This document shows, piece after piece, positions 20,499 through 30,056 of a stretch of 64,000 nt of DNA. The stretch covers positions 53,672 to 117,671 of the forward strand of contig CAVYPA010000002.1 in NCBI GenBank assembly GCA_963770295.1, in the 5' to 3' direction. Source of the DNA: an uncultured Alphaproteobacteria bacterium. Its GTDB lineage: Bacteria; Pseudomonadota; Alphaproteobacteria; Rhizobiales; Hyphomicrobiaceae. Under the pieces are notes generated by a model, which saw only the letters and a list, made by a program, of their open reading frames with translations, was not told where the DNA came from and did no database searches. How positions within the stretch are numbered: position 1 is the stretch's first letter; every line of letters begins with the position of its first letter. The translations under genes and the position numbers were made by a program.

Positions 20499-20958
20499 CG
20501 TTTCCTCCTGGTGCTTGCTTGTCTGATGGACTCCACGCCGAGCGTGGACCCGCGGCTTCGCAGGATCCCGTCCGTCCCGTAGCTAGTTGGCCAAGTCAGG
20601 CCATTGTGTGACCGACCCAATTACTCAAAGCGGGGATTATGCTCCGCGCGTAGACAAAGACAGCCTCACACTTGGTGCGCTCGGCGAGTGGGCTGCTCGC
20701 TCGTACCCGGCTTGAGGCAACGGCACTCCCAGCCAAGCGGTTTGCCTGAGCAGAGGGCCGCCCGGGCAGATCCAACAGATGCGGAGGCGCGCAGTGCGGC
20801 TGCTGGCCGTTCGGGGCCGGCAGCGCACGACGCGCAATCTCTGGGCCCAGCGTACTGCCCTCGTTGCCCCCGAGCAGCTCGGTAGCTGCTCGCTGATGCC
20901 GTAGTCACCGTCCCTTGGATTGGCTGCATCTCTTTTGCCGTCCGCTGTGCTGCACCAC

Positions 20959-21774
20959 TCAAGACGGTTCGATTGGCATCCGCGCGATGCTGAGCCAGGC
21001 TATCGGTGCACCGGCTTTATCGGCCGCTTGGGCCGGCGGCACGTTAGTGTCCCAGTCCGCGGCGATGAAGCGTTTGCCGTTCACTGCCAGCGCCTCGTCG
21101 GAGAGCAGCCAGAGGAGTGGCGGGACCATGATCGCTGGCCTCAGCATCTTCTCCCGGTTCGGAGCCGCGCCCACCAGTGGCGTGTCGGTCGTTCCGCCCG
21201 GCACCAGCACATTCGATGTCACACCGCTGCCGGCAAGATCCGCCGCCAGCACCGCCATGGCCGACTCCGCCGCCGCCTTGGACGAACCGTAGAGCAGGAA
21301 CCCTTCTCGCACCATTGTTCCGAGGCTGGTGGTGACCGTAACGATCCGTCCGTGCTTCGCCGCCAGCATGTGGGGCAGCACTGCGCGTGCCATGTTGATC
21401 GGTCCAGCGGCATTGATCGCGATGAAGCGGCCCCATTGCTCGGCCGTGGTCTCCCAGAAGCGGATGGGCTGACGATCGTTCCGCACCGAGGCCTGGCCAA
21501 TGCCCGCGTTATTCACCAAGGCATCGATCCTCCCGAATTTGATCAGAGCAGCGTCCGTGACGTGGGCAAAGCTATCCGGCTGTGCCAAATCGGCTGTGAC
21601 CGTGTGCACGCTTCCCTTCAATCCTGCCCCTTGCTTCGAAAGCTCCGCCAAAGCATCGGTGTTGCGGTCTACCGCGACAACGTCATGACCAGCTTTCATC
21701 AGACCCATTGTCATCGCCAAACCGATACCGCTCGCGGCGCCGGTTACGATCACTGCGATATTTTTTGAAGTCAT
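20959..21774 (-). CDS. Short-chain dehydrogenase/reductase (SDR)
   Basis: 'VIVTGAASGIGLA' Rossmann motif, 'NNAG', and a 'YGSSKAA' catalytic Y-x-x-x-K. Confidence 0.9.
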   Translation of the reverse strand: MTSKNIAVIVTGAASGIGLAMTMGLMKAGHDVVAVDRNTDALAELSKQGAGLKGSVHTVTADLAQPDSFAHVTDAALIKFGRIDALVNNAGIGQASVRNDRQPIRFWETTAEQWGRFIAINAAGPINMARAVLPHMLAAKHGRIVTVTTSLGTMVREGFLLYGSSKAAAESAMAVLAADLAGSGVTSNVLVPGGTTDTPLVGAAPNREKMLRPAIMVPPLLWLLSDEALAVNGKRFIAADWDTNVPPAQAADKAGAPIAWLSIARMPIEPS

Positions 21775-21933
21775 CTATCGTTCCTCCTACACGGCGATCG
21801 GTGGCGAGCGTCCCCGGTCCAAGGGCGATTGTCCAGCGGCAGGTCGTCTCGTGTGCGGCCATCCCCGCACGCAGGATGGACCAGTAGGGAGGGATCGTCG
21901 GGTGACGGGTCCCACCTTTTATCGCCGGTCAGC

Positions 21934-22989
21934 TCATGCAATCTGCATGGGCCCGGAGCCCGGCAGGCGCGTGACGAGATCGGGGCCGATCAGCGTGGCA
22001 GGCGTGTGGGTGCCGCCCGGCATGTCATGGGCCAGCAAATGCTCGACCACTGCCAATGCGCCCGCCACTGTCAGGCTGTAGCCGTTGGCCGTCTTGATCC
22101 GAGCGGTGCGTTTGTCGCCTCGCGCATTCGTGGCCTCGCCCCACACGAACGTCGGCTGCGCCTCGCGCTTGGCCGCCGAAGGACCTTTGACTGTCCTTTC
22201 GATGCGCCGCTTCATGAAGTTCTGAACCATGCCCGTGCCGAGCAGCCACTTGAGCCGGTTGGCGCGTCTCGCCCACGCGACCATCGCCGGTGAACCCGGG
22301 ATGTAGACCTCGATGTTGGAAATGCCGGTCGTCGCTGAGGCCGTCGAAACGTCGCCCCAGGGAATGGTCATCGCGAACTTCTCGCCGTCGCCGAAGTCGA
22401 TGCGTCGAGTTTTGTACGCGAGTGGCACCGAGATGATTTGCCCGTCCCGGCGCACCTTGCCACCCTGGGCCAGGCCTTCGACCGAGGTCTTGGCCGTTCC
22501 GGGCGAGAGGCCCGAACGTGAATCGAACCCCAGCGCGAGATGTGTGGCGTCTGGGAGGGCAGCCTTGAGAGTCGCCGCGACACAGTCGGTGGGGATCACG
22601 TCGAAGCCGACGCCGGGGCATATGACAATACCCGCGGCCCGCGCCGCTGCATCCAGTGTTCGGGAGTGCTCGAACACGTCGATCTCGCCGGTGATGTCGA
22701 GGTAATGGACGTGCGCGGTGAGGCAGACTGTCATCATCGGTGCGGCTGTTGCCGAGAACGGTCCCGCACAATTGAGGACAAGTCCCATCCCCTCGACACA
22801 CCTCGCGGTCGCCGTTGCGTTTTCGAGATCGAAGATGCGCGCTTGCAAGCCAAGCCTACTAGCCAGCTGCTCCACCTTGGCCGCCGTTCGGCCGGCCAAC
22901 ACCGGATTTAGATCGCGGCGTACCGCTTCGCGTGCGATCAGCTCGCCCGTGTAGCCATTCGCACCATAGATCATCCACGGCTTCGGCAT
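21934..22989 (-). CDS. Saccharopine-dehydrogenase-like NAD(P)-binding protein
   Basis: 351 aa. 'WMIYGANGYTGELIAREAVRRDLNPVLAGR' N-terminus is typical of this family. Confidence 0.7.
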   Translation of the reverse strand: MPKPWMIYGANGYTGELIAREAVRRDLNPVLAGRTAAKVEQLASRLGLQARIFDLENATATARCVEGMGLVLNCAGPFSATAAPMMTVCLTAHVHYLDITGEIDVFEHSRTLDAAARAAGIVICPGVGFDVIPTDCVAATLKAALPDATHLALGFDSRSGLSPGTAKTSVEGLAQGGKVRRDGQIISVPLAYKTRRIDFGDGEKFAMTIPWGDVSTASATTGISNIEVYIPGSPAMVAWARRANRLKWLLGTGMVQNFMKRRIERTVKGPSAAKREAQPTFVWGEATNARGDKRTARIKTANGYSLTVAGALAVVEHLLAHDMPGGTHTPATLIGPDLVTRLPGSGPMQIA

Positions 22990-23242
22990 GGGATTACTCT
23001 TTTAATGGTTCGTGCTTCGCGGGTAGCCTTGCATCACTTGGGGCCGGGCGCCTGGCAAGGGCTTACCCCGAAGTGGTTGCACCGCCGAACTTTTCAACCT
23101 CTGGCAGAAGCAATGTAGGCGGCTTCGGCCTGCCGGCTATACCGTTATTTCCGGGTCTTGGCGGCTCAATTTCGTGGCGGATTGTCGCGCGAGTGCGACG
23201 GCACTACGCTTCGACGAAGCGCAACATGTGAAAGTCACCGTC

Positions 23243-24085
23243 ATGCGTATCGGATTGTCCATGCCATTGCCCGCCTACACTATCGACCCAGCCTTCATGG
23301 GGCGAACGGCGGAACGTCTGGGCTTCGAATCAATCTGGTATGCGGAGCATCCCGCCGTGCCGGTCGAGAGTGCGAGCCCGTTCCCAGGCACGGGCGGCGC
23401 TATCCCGTGGACTTATTCACACTTCACGGACCCCTACATCGCCCTGGCACGTGCGTCTGGGGTGACGACGACGTTGAAGCTGGCAACCGGAATCACTCTG
23501 GTGCCTCAACGTAATCCATTGCTCTTGGCCAAGGAAATCGCCGCCTTGGATCACCACAGCGGAGGCCGCTTCATCCTTGGCGTTGGCACGGGGTGGCTCA
23601 AAGAGGAAGTCGAGATCTTTGGCGGTAATTTTGCGCGCCGATGGACGCAGACACGAGAAGCGCTCGACGTGATGAAGGCGCTCTGGTCCCAGGACGCAGC
23701 CGAGTTTCATGGGGAATTCTTCGATTTCCCGCCCGTGCGCTCGTATCCTAAGCCCGCGCAGAAACCGCATCCGCCTATCGTGCTCGGTGGGGCGGCAAAG
23801 AACGTGCTCAGGCGCGTCATCGACCACGCCGACGGCTGGCTGCCCAATCGCATTACCCCTGCCGACCTGGAAAGAGCCCGTATGGAGCTCGATCGACTGG
23901 CAGTGGACGCCGGCCGCGATCCGAAATTGATTACCATCACCGTCTATGGGCAGGTGCCGACGAAGGATGTCGTGCGACCGTTGTTCGACGCGGGTGCCGA
24001 TCGCGTAGTTGTGCGTGCGGCGCACGTTGAGACGGAAGCCGAGATGGGCGCACAACTGGAGCGGATAGCGGAAGCGGTGCTCTAG
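23243..24085 (+). CDS. Luciferase-like monooxygenase (LLM) class oxidoreductase
   Basis: 'MRIGLS...GFESIWYAEH', 'LATGITLVPQRNPLLLAKEIAALDHHSGGRFILGVGTGW', 'HPPIVLGG'. Confidence 0.8.
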   Translation: MRIGLSMPLPAYTIDPAFMGRTAERLGFESIWYAEHPAVPVESASPFPGTGGAIPWTYSHFTDPYIALARASGVTTTLKLATGITLVPQRNPLLLAKEIAALDHHSGGRFILGVGTGWLKEEVEIFGGNFARRWTQTREALDVMKALWSQDAAEFHGEFFDFPPVRSYPKPAQKPHPPIVLGGAAKNVLRRVIDHADGWLPNRITPADLERARMELDRLAVDAGRDPKLITITVYGQVPTKDVVRPLFDAGADRVVVRAAHVETEAEMGAQLERIAEAVL

Positions 24086-24469
24086 CGGCTGCCCGGTGGC
24101 GGTCTAGCGTGGCCTTCTGCCAAGTGTCGCAAGGAGAACTCTGGACCATGTTCGGAACACCCGACGCTAGGCGGGTGACGCCGGTTTATAGCTAGCCTGA
24201 TCCTCAGTTGCCAGTTCCGCCTCCATAACCGTATTTTTTTGAGGCCGACGTTGCGGCCGATCAGCCGGTAGGAAAGACCCTTCACGGTGTGGGGCGCGCG
24301 AGGAATGCTGGCCCCCATGGCGCCCAAGATTGGGCCTGTTACCGCGCGCCGGCGCGGATTATAGAAGCCCTCGAAGCAACGGGCATGCGCGAGCAAATCC
24401 CGGCAATAGCTCAGAAGTTGTTCGCCCTCGGGGGTGAGCGACGAGCGGGCTCTCTCCCTGCGGCAAGGT

Positions 24470-25110
24470 GACAGGGGCGTGCTCCGGGTCGCGGCCTCCC
24501 TTGTGCAGATCGAAGCCATTTTGACGACGTTCCTACACCGCTACACGGAAAAATATCCGCTCGTAACTGTGAAGCTCATCGAGGCGGTGGGACCCAATAT
24601 TCGGACCCTGCTGGAACGTGGTGATATTCACGTCGGCCTGCTGCTGCAGACTGACCGCAGCGACCTAGAACACCTTGCTGCGTACCCCGTGCCCGCGGTC
24701 GAACTTCTAGCCGCATTTCATCGCTCGCTGCCACTGGCACGAGGGAAGGTCGTACAGCTCACTCAGCTCGCCTCGCATCCCCTGCTGCTGCTCGATCCCG
24801 GCTTTCTAGTCCGCCGGACTTTCGACGCCGCCTGCCGTCTCGCGGGTGTGAGGGCGAATATCCGGTTTTGAAAGTCGTGCGCCCTCAAACCTGCTGGCCT
24901 TGGCGGAAGGTAGGCACGGAGTGGCCGTGATCCCCTCGGTGGTGCTGACGCACCGTTATGACCTGCGAATTGCTCGCTTGCTGCACGAACGCAAGCCATT
25001 GCGGGAAGCTTAAACGTGGTGTGGGACCGGCGGCGCGGACCGCCGCGATATGCGCACGATCTTCGCCGGAATGCTAGCTATGCACATGCGCACACTGCTT
25101 CGATCCAGCC
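24470..25110 (+). pseudogene. LysR-family regulator remnant: substrate-binding domain only, with frame breaks and no recognisable HTH
   Basis: 'GVLRVAASLVQIEAILTTFLHRYTEKYPLVTVKLIEAVG...GDIHVGLLL...HPLLLLDPGFLVRRTFDAACRLAGVRANIRF' stops at 24871. It continues in other frames as 'ESRAPSNLLALAEGRHGVAVIPSVV...' and '...VVWDRRR..RY/MRTIFAGMLAMHMR'. Confidence 0.65.
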
Positions 25111-25471
25111 ACCGATCGGAAGCACTGCGGATGTCTGGGGCAGAGCAGGCATGCAGGACGAGCGCCGCCCCCGTCCGCTGCACTGAGTTCATGTATGGAC
25201 GACGCCCGCCGTGCAAGAGGAATTTGACGTTTGCCGCGATGGTCGGGTGCGGTCATGTATTCGGCCTATTGTTGCAGCCCGCTTTTGGCCGCTGGCCATG
25301 ATGTGATCCGCTGATCGGGTCCCAATCAGAAAAACGCGCTCGTTAGTCGCGTGACTCAGTACGGGTTCTCCCAATCGAACGGCTCGACCGTTTCGCATCA
25401 ACGTCGTGATCACCCCTGCAATCCTAAACGCAACGTTACAAAGCTATTCCCCTGTCTCTTTTGCCCGCTTT

Positions 25472-26521
25472 TTACGCAAGTGCCGCGGTTATTGGACGTG
25501 CACGGTAGACTTCCTTCTTGGTCAGCACCGCCCAGGCGATGCGCGCTGTCTTATTAGCCAATGCCACCGCAGCAACCTTTGCCGGCTTGCGCGCCAATAG
25601 TTGCGTCAGCCAAGGGTACTTCTCGGGATGGGCGCGCGCCTGCCTGATCACGGCAAACGCCCCGACGACAAGGATGCGCCGCAGATATCGGTCGCCTTGC
25701 TTGGAGATGGGTCCTAGCCGCTGTTTGCCGCCGGTCGAATCTTCGCGCGAGACGATGCCGATCCAGGCCGCAAAGTCGCGCCCTGTCTTGAAGATCGAAG
25801 CATCTGGAACCGTGGCGACAATGGCACTCGCGCCGAGGACGCCGATGCCAGGAATGGTCTCGAGCAGTTTGCTGTCCTCGTTTTTGCGATGCTGAGAAAG
25901 AAGGCGCTTCTCGATCGCACCAATCTCGGCCTGGCAAGAGGCAATCTGTGCAACAAGCGCTGATAGGCTGGCGCGCGCATTCTCGGGCAGGCGGGCATCG
26001 CTACTGTCGGCGATGATTGCAAGCAGCATCTTGAGACCGTCATAGCCTTGCGCGGCAACGATGCCGAGCTCGGCCAGGTGCGAGCGCAGCCCATTGATGG
26101 CCTGTGTACGCTGCCGCACAAGTAGGTCGCGCACGCGGTGCTGCATGAGCTGGGCTTGCTGCTCGGGCGTCTTCACCGGCACGGTACGCACCGTCGGTCG
26201 CCGGACCGCCTCGCAACACGCCGCAGCATCGACAGCGTCGTTCTTGTTGCGTTTGACGTAGGCCTTCACGTCCTTGGCCGGCATCAACCGTACGTCATGG
26301 CCGAGCTTCTTGAGCTCGCGCGCCCAGTAGTGGGCCGACGCACACGCTTCCATGCCGATGAGACACGGCGCGAGTTTGGCGAAGAAGGGCAGAACTTGTG
26401 ATCGCCGCAACGGCTTGTTGAAGACCACCTTGTCGTTGGCGTCGACGCCATGCACATGGAACACCTGTTTGGCAAGATCAATGCCGATCGTGATAACCTG
26501 CATGTGGACGGTTCCCCTCAT
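25472..26521 (-). mobile_element. IS110-family insertion sequence (intact transposase ORF; element ends not determinable by eye)
   Basis: The ORF probably starts at 26503. It reads 'MQVITIGIDLAKQVFHVHGVD...CLIGMEACASAHYWAREL' (DEDD_Tnp_IS110) and '...IPGIGVLGASAIVATVPDASIFKTGRDFAAWIGIVSRE.STGGKQRLGPISKQGDRYLRRILV' (Transposase_20). Confidence 0.9.
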
Positions 26522-26787
26522 GTGATTCGTGTCCGACGATCACCCTATGGCACTTCGATGCCGGGAGCGGGCGCCGTCCACCACATCAGAAGAAAACGTA
26601 GCTGGATCAGCTACTGCGGCTCAGTGCGCCAGATCGTGCTGCCAACTAGTATAAGCAGAAATGCGCGTAGCCGTTGTGCCCCCGCAGAGTGTCTGCGGTA
26701 TCCGAGAGCTGCATGTTGTCTAACCTCCCTCCCCGTGGTTCAAGACTACGGTGTCCCCGCCTTTGCGCGACTTTAAAAGGAACCCGT

Positions 26788-29148
26788 ATGGCATCCGCAC
26801 TGGATGGATTGACGGTGCTCGATCTGAGCACCGGGTCGGCGGCAGCTTTGGCGACGATGTTTCTCGGCGACCACGGAGCACGCGTTGTGCGTCTTGTCGC
26901 AACCCAGAGCGCCCACCTGCGCCAGGGAGGCTTCGTCGTGTGGGACCGGGGCAAGGCGTGCGCGATGCTCGACCTCAATCTGGTTCTGGATGGCCTTGGT
27001 TCATCCGGTGCTCACCAGGACGGTGGCACGCCAGCAGCAGAGTTCTTGCGGCTGGTAGCGGGCACAGACATCCTCGTTGAGGACTTTTCACCCAGTTCGC
27101 CATTGCAGCACCTCGTGGATTGGTCACGGCTGCAGCGCGTCAATCCGCGCCTCATCGGCTGCTCAATCACCGCCTATGGCAAGCGCGGGCCGTGGAAGGA
27201 AGAGCCGCCGATCGATGATCTTGTGTTGGCCCGCACAGGTCTCCTCTGGGGCATGCCAGGGTTTCGGCCCGCGCCGGTGCATGTCGTGCACCCCCTGCCG
27301 AGCGTGGGGGCCGCTCTCTTCGCCGCGACCGGCATTGCCGCTGCGCTACTCGCGCGTGAAACGACAGGCAGGGGACGCCAGGTCGAGACCTCGCTGATGG
27401 CAGGCGCCTTGCTCTTTCAGACAAAGGTAACTGGAGAACGTCTCGACCGGCAGGTCTTCCAGAGCAACCCATCGGGGAGCGCTCCGTTCTATAGCGTCTA
27501 TCCCTGCGCCGACGGCCAATGGGTCCAGCTCGGCTGCGTGCACGCAGGATTCATCACGACAGCCGCGAAGGTGCTGGGGATCGGCGAGTTGGTCGAAGAG
27601 CCCCGGTTCAAGATCGGACTAGGCGGCGTATTGCCTGAGGACGAAGCCGAGCTGCGTGCGACCCTCACCCTAATCCTGCAATCGAAACCCTATGCCGACT
27701 GGGCGGCGGCCTTCGAGGCTGCCGACGTTCCCTTCGCGCCTGCGCAGCAGATCGAGGAGGGCATCAGCGACCCTCAAGTGCTGCACAACGGCATGGTTAC
27801 GACATTGGAGGATCCGGCTGTCGGGCCGACGACGCAGATGGGCGTGCCAGTCCGTCTCAGCGGAACTCCGGGGCGTATCGCCGGCCCTCGAGCCGCGGCG
27901 CAGTTAGCGGCTGGGGATATCGCTGTCTCAGCGCCATCCTCCAACAACCCTATTCCGTCCGACGGGGAAGCAACCGATCCGCCGCCTCTGGCTGGGGTGC
28001 GCATCCTCGAGATCACCAATTTGATCGCCGGGCCGACCGCAGGCCGCATCCTGGCGGACTTGGGCGCGGATGTGATCAAGCTCGAGCCGCCGGCTGGCGA
28101 CATCTCCCGACCGCTCGCCCGGCCTTACTTCTACAGCGTGAATTTCAACAAGCGCTCGGTTTGTGTGGATACGCAGACGGATACCGGCAAGAGGATCGTG
28201 CAACAGATTGCAGCTACCGCCGACGCGCTGGTCGCCAACCTACGCCCCCACGCAACCGAGCGCATGGGAATAACCTCCACCGTAAATCCACGACTTATCG
28301 AGACCCATCTGACGGGTTATGGCTGGACCGGCCCCTACGCCAAGCGTCCCGGCATCGATCCGTTGGCGCAGGCGCTCTTGGGTCTTTCGCGCGCCCAGGG
28401 CGGGCCGGACAATCCGCCGGTGTTTCCCGCGCAATTGGCGCCGACCGACTATACCAATGGCGCGATGGGTGCATTCGGCACGATCCTGGCACTGTTTGCG
28501 CGCGCCCGCTCGGGCATCGTGCAGCGCGTCGACAGCGATCTTCTAAGCAGCGGTATCGTGCTGAGTTCGCCGTGGTTCACGCGCTATGCGGGCAAGCCGG
28601 AGCGGCCGTTTGCCGACAAGGAGCAATACGGGCTTGGACCATTCCACCGCCTCTACCGCTTGTGCGATGGCTGGATCTACGTGGTAGCCGAAAGTGAAGC
28701 GCAACGACGAGCGATGTGCAGGATCTTTGGCTGCGCCGACCCAGAGCCATTATTGCCGCAGCAAATCGACGGGCATCATCCCAACACAACACCATTCGCG
28801 ATGGAGCTCGCAGCAGCTATAGCGCGCAGCTCGACGGCCGAAACGCTTGCTGCCTTGCGCGCGGGGGGCGTGCCGTGCAGCGAGGTTGTAACAGCCCAAA
28901 GCGAGGTATTCCTCGACCATCCGCATGCCAGCGCAAATGACATCGTCGCAATCCGCGAGCATCCCAGGGTCGGGAAGCTGCAGATCGCCTGGCAGCTTGT
29001 TCAATTCACCGACGCGCGCAGTTCGGACGGCCTGCCGACGCCACTCTTGGGAGAGCACACATCGACTGTTCTGCGCGAGATTGGCTACAGCGAAAGCGAG
29101 ATCCTCAGCCTCCACGCAGATGGTGTGGTGAAGACGGAAGGAGTGTAG
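26788..29148 (+). CDS. Tandem fusion of two family-III (CaiB/BaiF) CoA-transferase domains
   Basis: 786 aa from ATG 26788, with AAAGGA upstream. The first half starts 'LDGLTVLDLSTGSAAALATMFLGDHGARVVRL'. The second half (from about 27985) starts with the canonical 'LAGVRILEITNLIAGPTAGRILADLGADVIKLEPPAGD'. Both halves carry '..G.AA.GI.AAL.AR..TG.G'-type segments. Confidence 0.8.
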   Translation: MASALDGLTVLDLSTGSAAALATMFLGDHGARVVRLVATQSAHLRQGGFVVWDRGKACAMLDLNLVLDGLGSSGAHQDGGTPAAEFLRLVAGTDILVEDFSPSSPLQHLVDWSRLQRVNPRLIGCSITAYGKRGPWKEEPPIDDLVLARTGLLWGMPGFRPAPVHVVHPLPSVGAALFAATGIAAALLARETTGRGRQVETSLMAGALLFQTKVTGERLDRQVFQSNPSGSAPFYSVYPCADGQWVQLGCVHAGFITTAAKVLGIGELVEEPRFKIGLGGVLPEDEAELRATLTLILQSKPYADWAAAFEAADVPFAPAQQIEEGISDPQVLHNGMVTTLEDPAVGPTTQMGVPVRLSGTPGRIAGPRAAAQLAAGDIAVSAPSSNNPIPSDGEATDPPPLAGVRILEITNLIAGPTAGRILADLGADVIKLEPPAGDISRPLARPYFYSVNFNKRSVCVDTQTDTGKRIVQQIAATADALVANLRPHATERMGITSTVNPRLIETHLTGYGWTGPYAKRPGIDPLAQALLGLSRAQGGPDNPPVFPAQLAPTDYTNGAMGAFGTILALFARARSGIVQRVDSDLLSSGIVLSSPWFTRYAGKPERPFADKEQYGLGPFHRLYRLCDGWIYVVAESEAQRRAMCRIFGCADPEPLLPQQIDGHHPNTTPFAMELAAAIARSSTAETLAALRAGGVPCSEVVTAQSEVFLDHPHASANDIVAIREHPRVGKLQIAWQLVQFTDARSSDGLPTPLLGEHTSTVLREIGYSESEILSLHADGVVKTEGV

Positions 29149-29395
29149 GCTGCCACCCCATTGAAGGCATTCGTTCACCGCGTCAGGTCTACCCCCAGTA
29201 GCCGACGAAGTTGCGCAGCGCCGCGAACGGTCAAAAGATGCCACTGCCATTGGCCAGCCCACCCGGCAAAGCAATTGCGCATGGGCCGGTTCGCCGCGCG
29301 GCAGCAACGCCAATGCGCTCAGGACTTGCTTTGACGTTGCAGAAGGAGAGCGATGATGCGGCTGTGGGGGCGGACTCACGACCCGTTCGACACCC

Positions 29396-30046
29396 TTAGA
29401 ATGGATTTAAGAGCATGAGAACGCCCGTCGCCACAAGCGCCGTTGCCCAAAGTACGTCGATGTTCAGCCAGGCCCTGCGCAGGACTTCGAGTCCGACCCA
29501 TTCGTAAACCGTGGCCGCGATCGTCGCCGTGACGGAGAGCATCGCCAGCGTATGTACGCCGATACCGGTGAGCCCGGCCGTCAAAGGACCGTTCGCCGGC
29601 GCTGCACTGGCACCGCTCGGGAGACACAGCGACATCATGGCAGGCCACAACATCAGGCCTGCACCATGGGCAGCCGCCATGACAAACGACCAAACGAAGA
29701 GACCGGAGAGCCCCACCTGCATGCCGAAGCGCACGCGATGACGATGGCTGAAGCGCCAGTGGTAAAGCGCCCAGCCGATCAAGGTGAGGCCGGCACCGAC
29801 GCGCAACGTCCAACTGCCCACAAACCAACCGACCCACAGAAAGACGAGCCCAACGGCCGCAATCGATACCGCATGGCCTAGGGCGATCGGCACGAGCGCG
29901 AGCCAGACGATGCGGCGATCCTGCCGGTGAAGCCCGAGCGCCACAGCGAACAGCCATCCCATACCAGGGTTCAACCCGTGCAATGCGCCGAGCCCTGCGA
30001 CCGTGAGCCATGGCCAGAGCTCGAGGGAAACCGAGACGCCAATCAC
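29396..30046 (-). CDS. Polytopic membrane protein of unknown function (His/Met-rich loops)
   Basis: 216 aa with about six hydrophobic segments. Contains 'LHGLNPGMGW', 'HWRFSHRHRVRF' and 'AAHGAGLMLWPAMMSLC'. GTG start lies 10 nt after the stop of the SBP56 gene. Confidence 0.6.
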   Translation of the reverse strand: MIGVSVSLELWPWLTVAGLGALHGLNPGMGWLFAVALGLHRQDRRIVWLALVPIALGHAVSIAAVGLVFLWVGWFVGSWTLRVGAGLTLIGWALYHWRFSHRHRVRFGMQVGLSGLFVWSFVMAAAHGAGLMLWPAMMSLCLPSGASAAPANGPLTAGLTGIGVHTLAMLSVTATIAATVYEWVGLEVLRRAWLNIDVLWATALVATGVLMLLNPF

Positions 30047-30056
30047 CGGTTACTTC

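Noticed and set aside
26546-26560. Sigma-54-like motif TGGCACTTCGATGCC upstream of the CoA-transferase gene. A similar GG/GC motif occurs at about 5444 inside the kinase gene.
   Set aside because: The spacing between GG and GC is off by one in the first case, and the second is intragenic. There is no enhancer-binding protein gene nearby.
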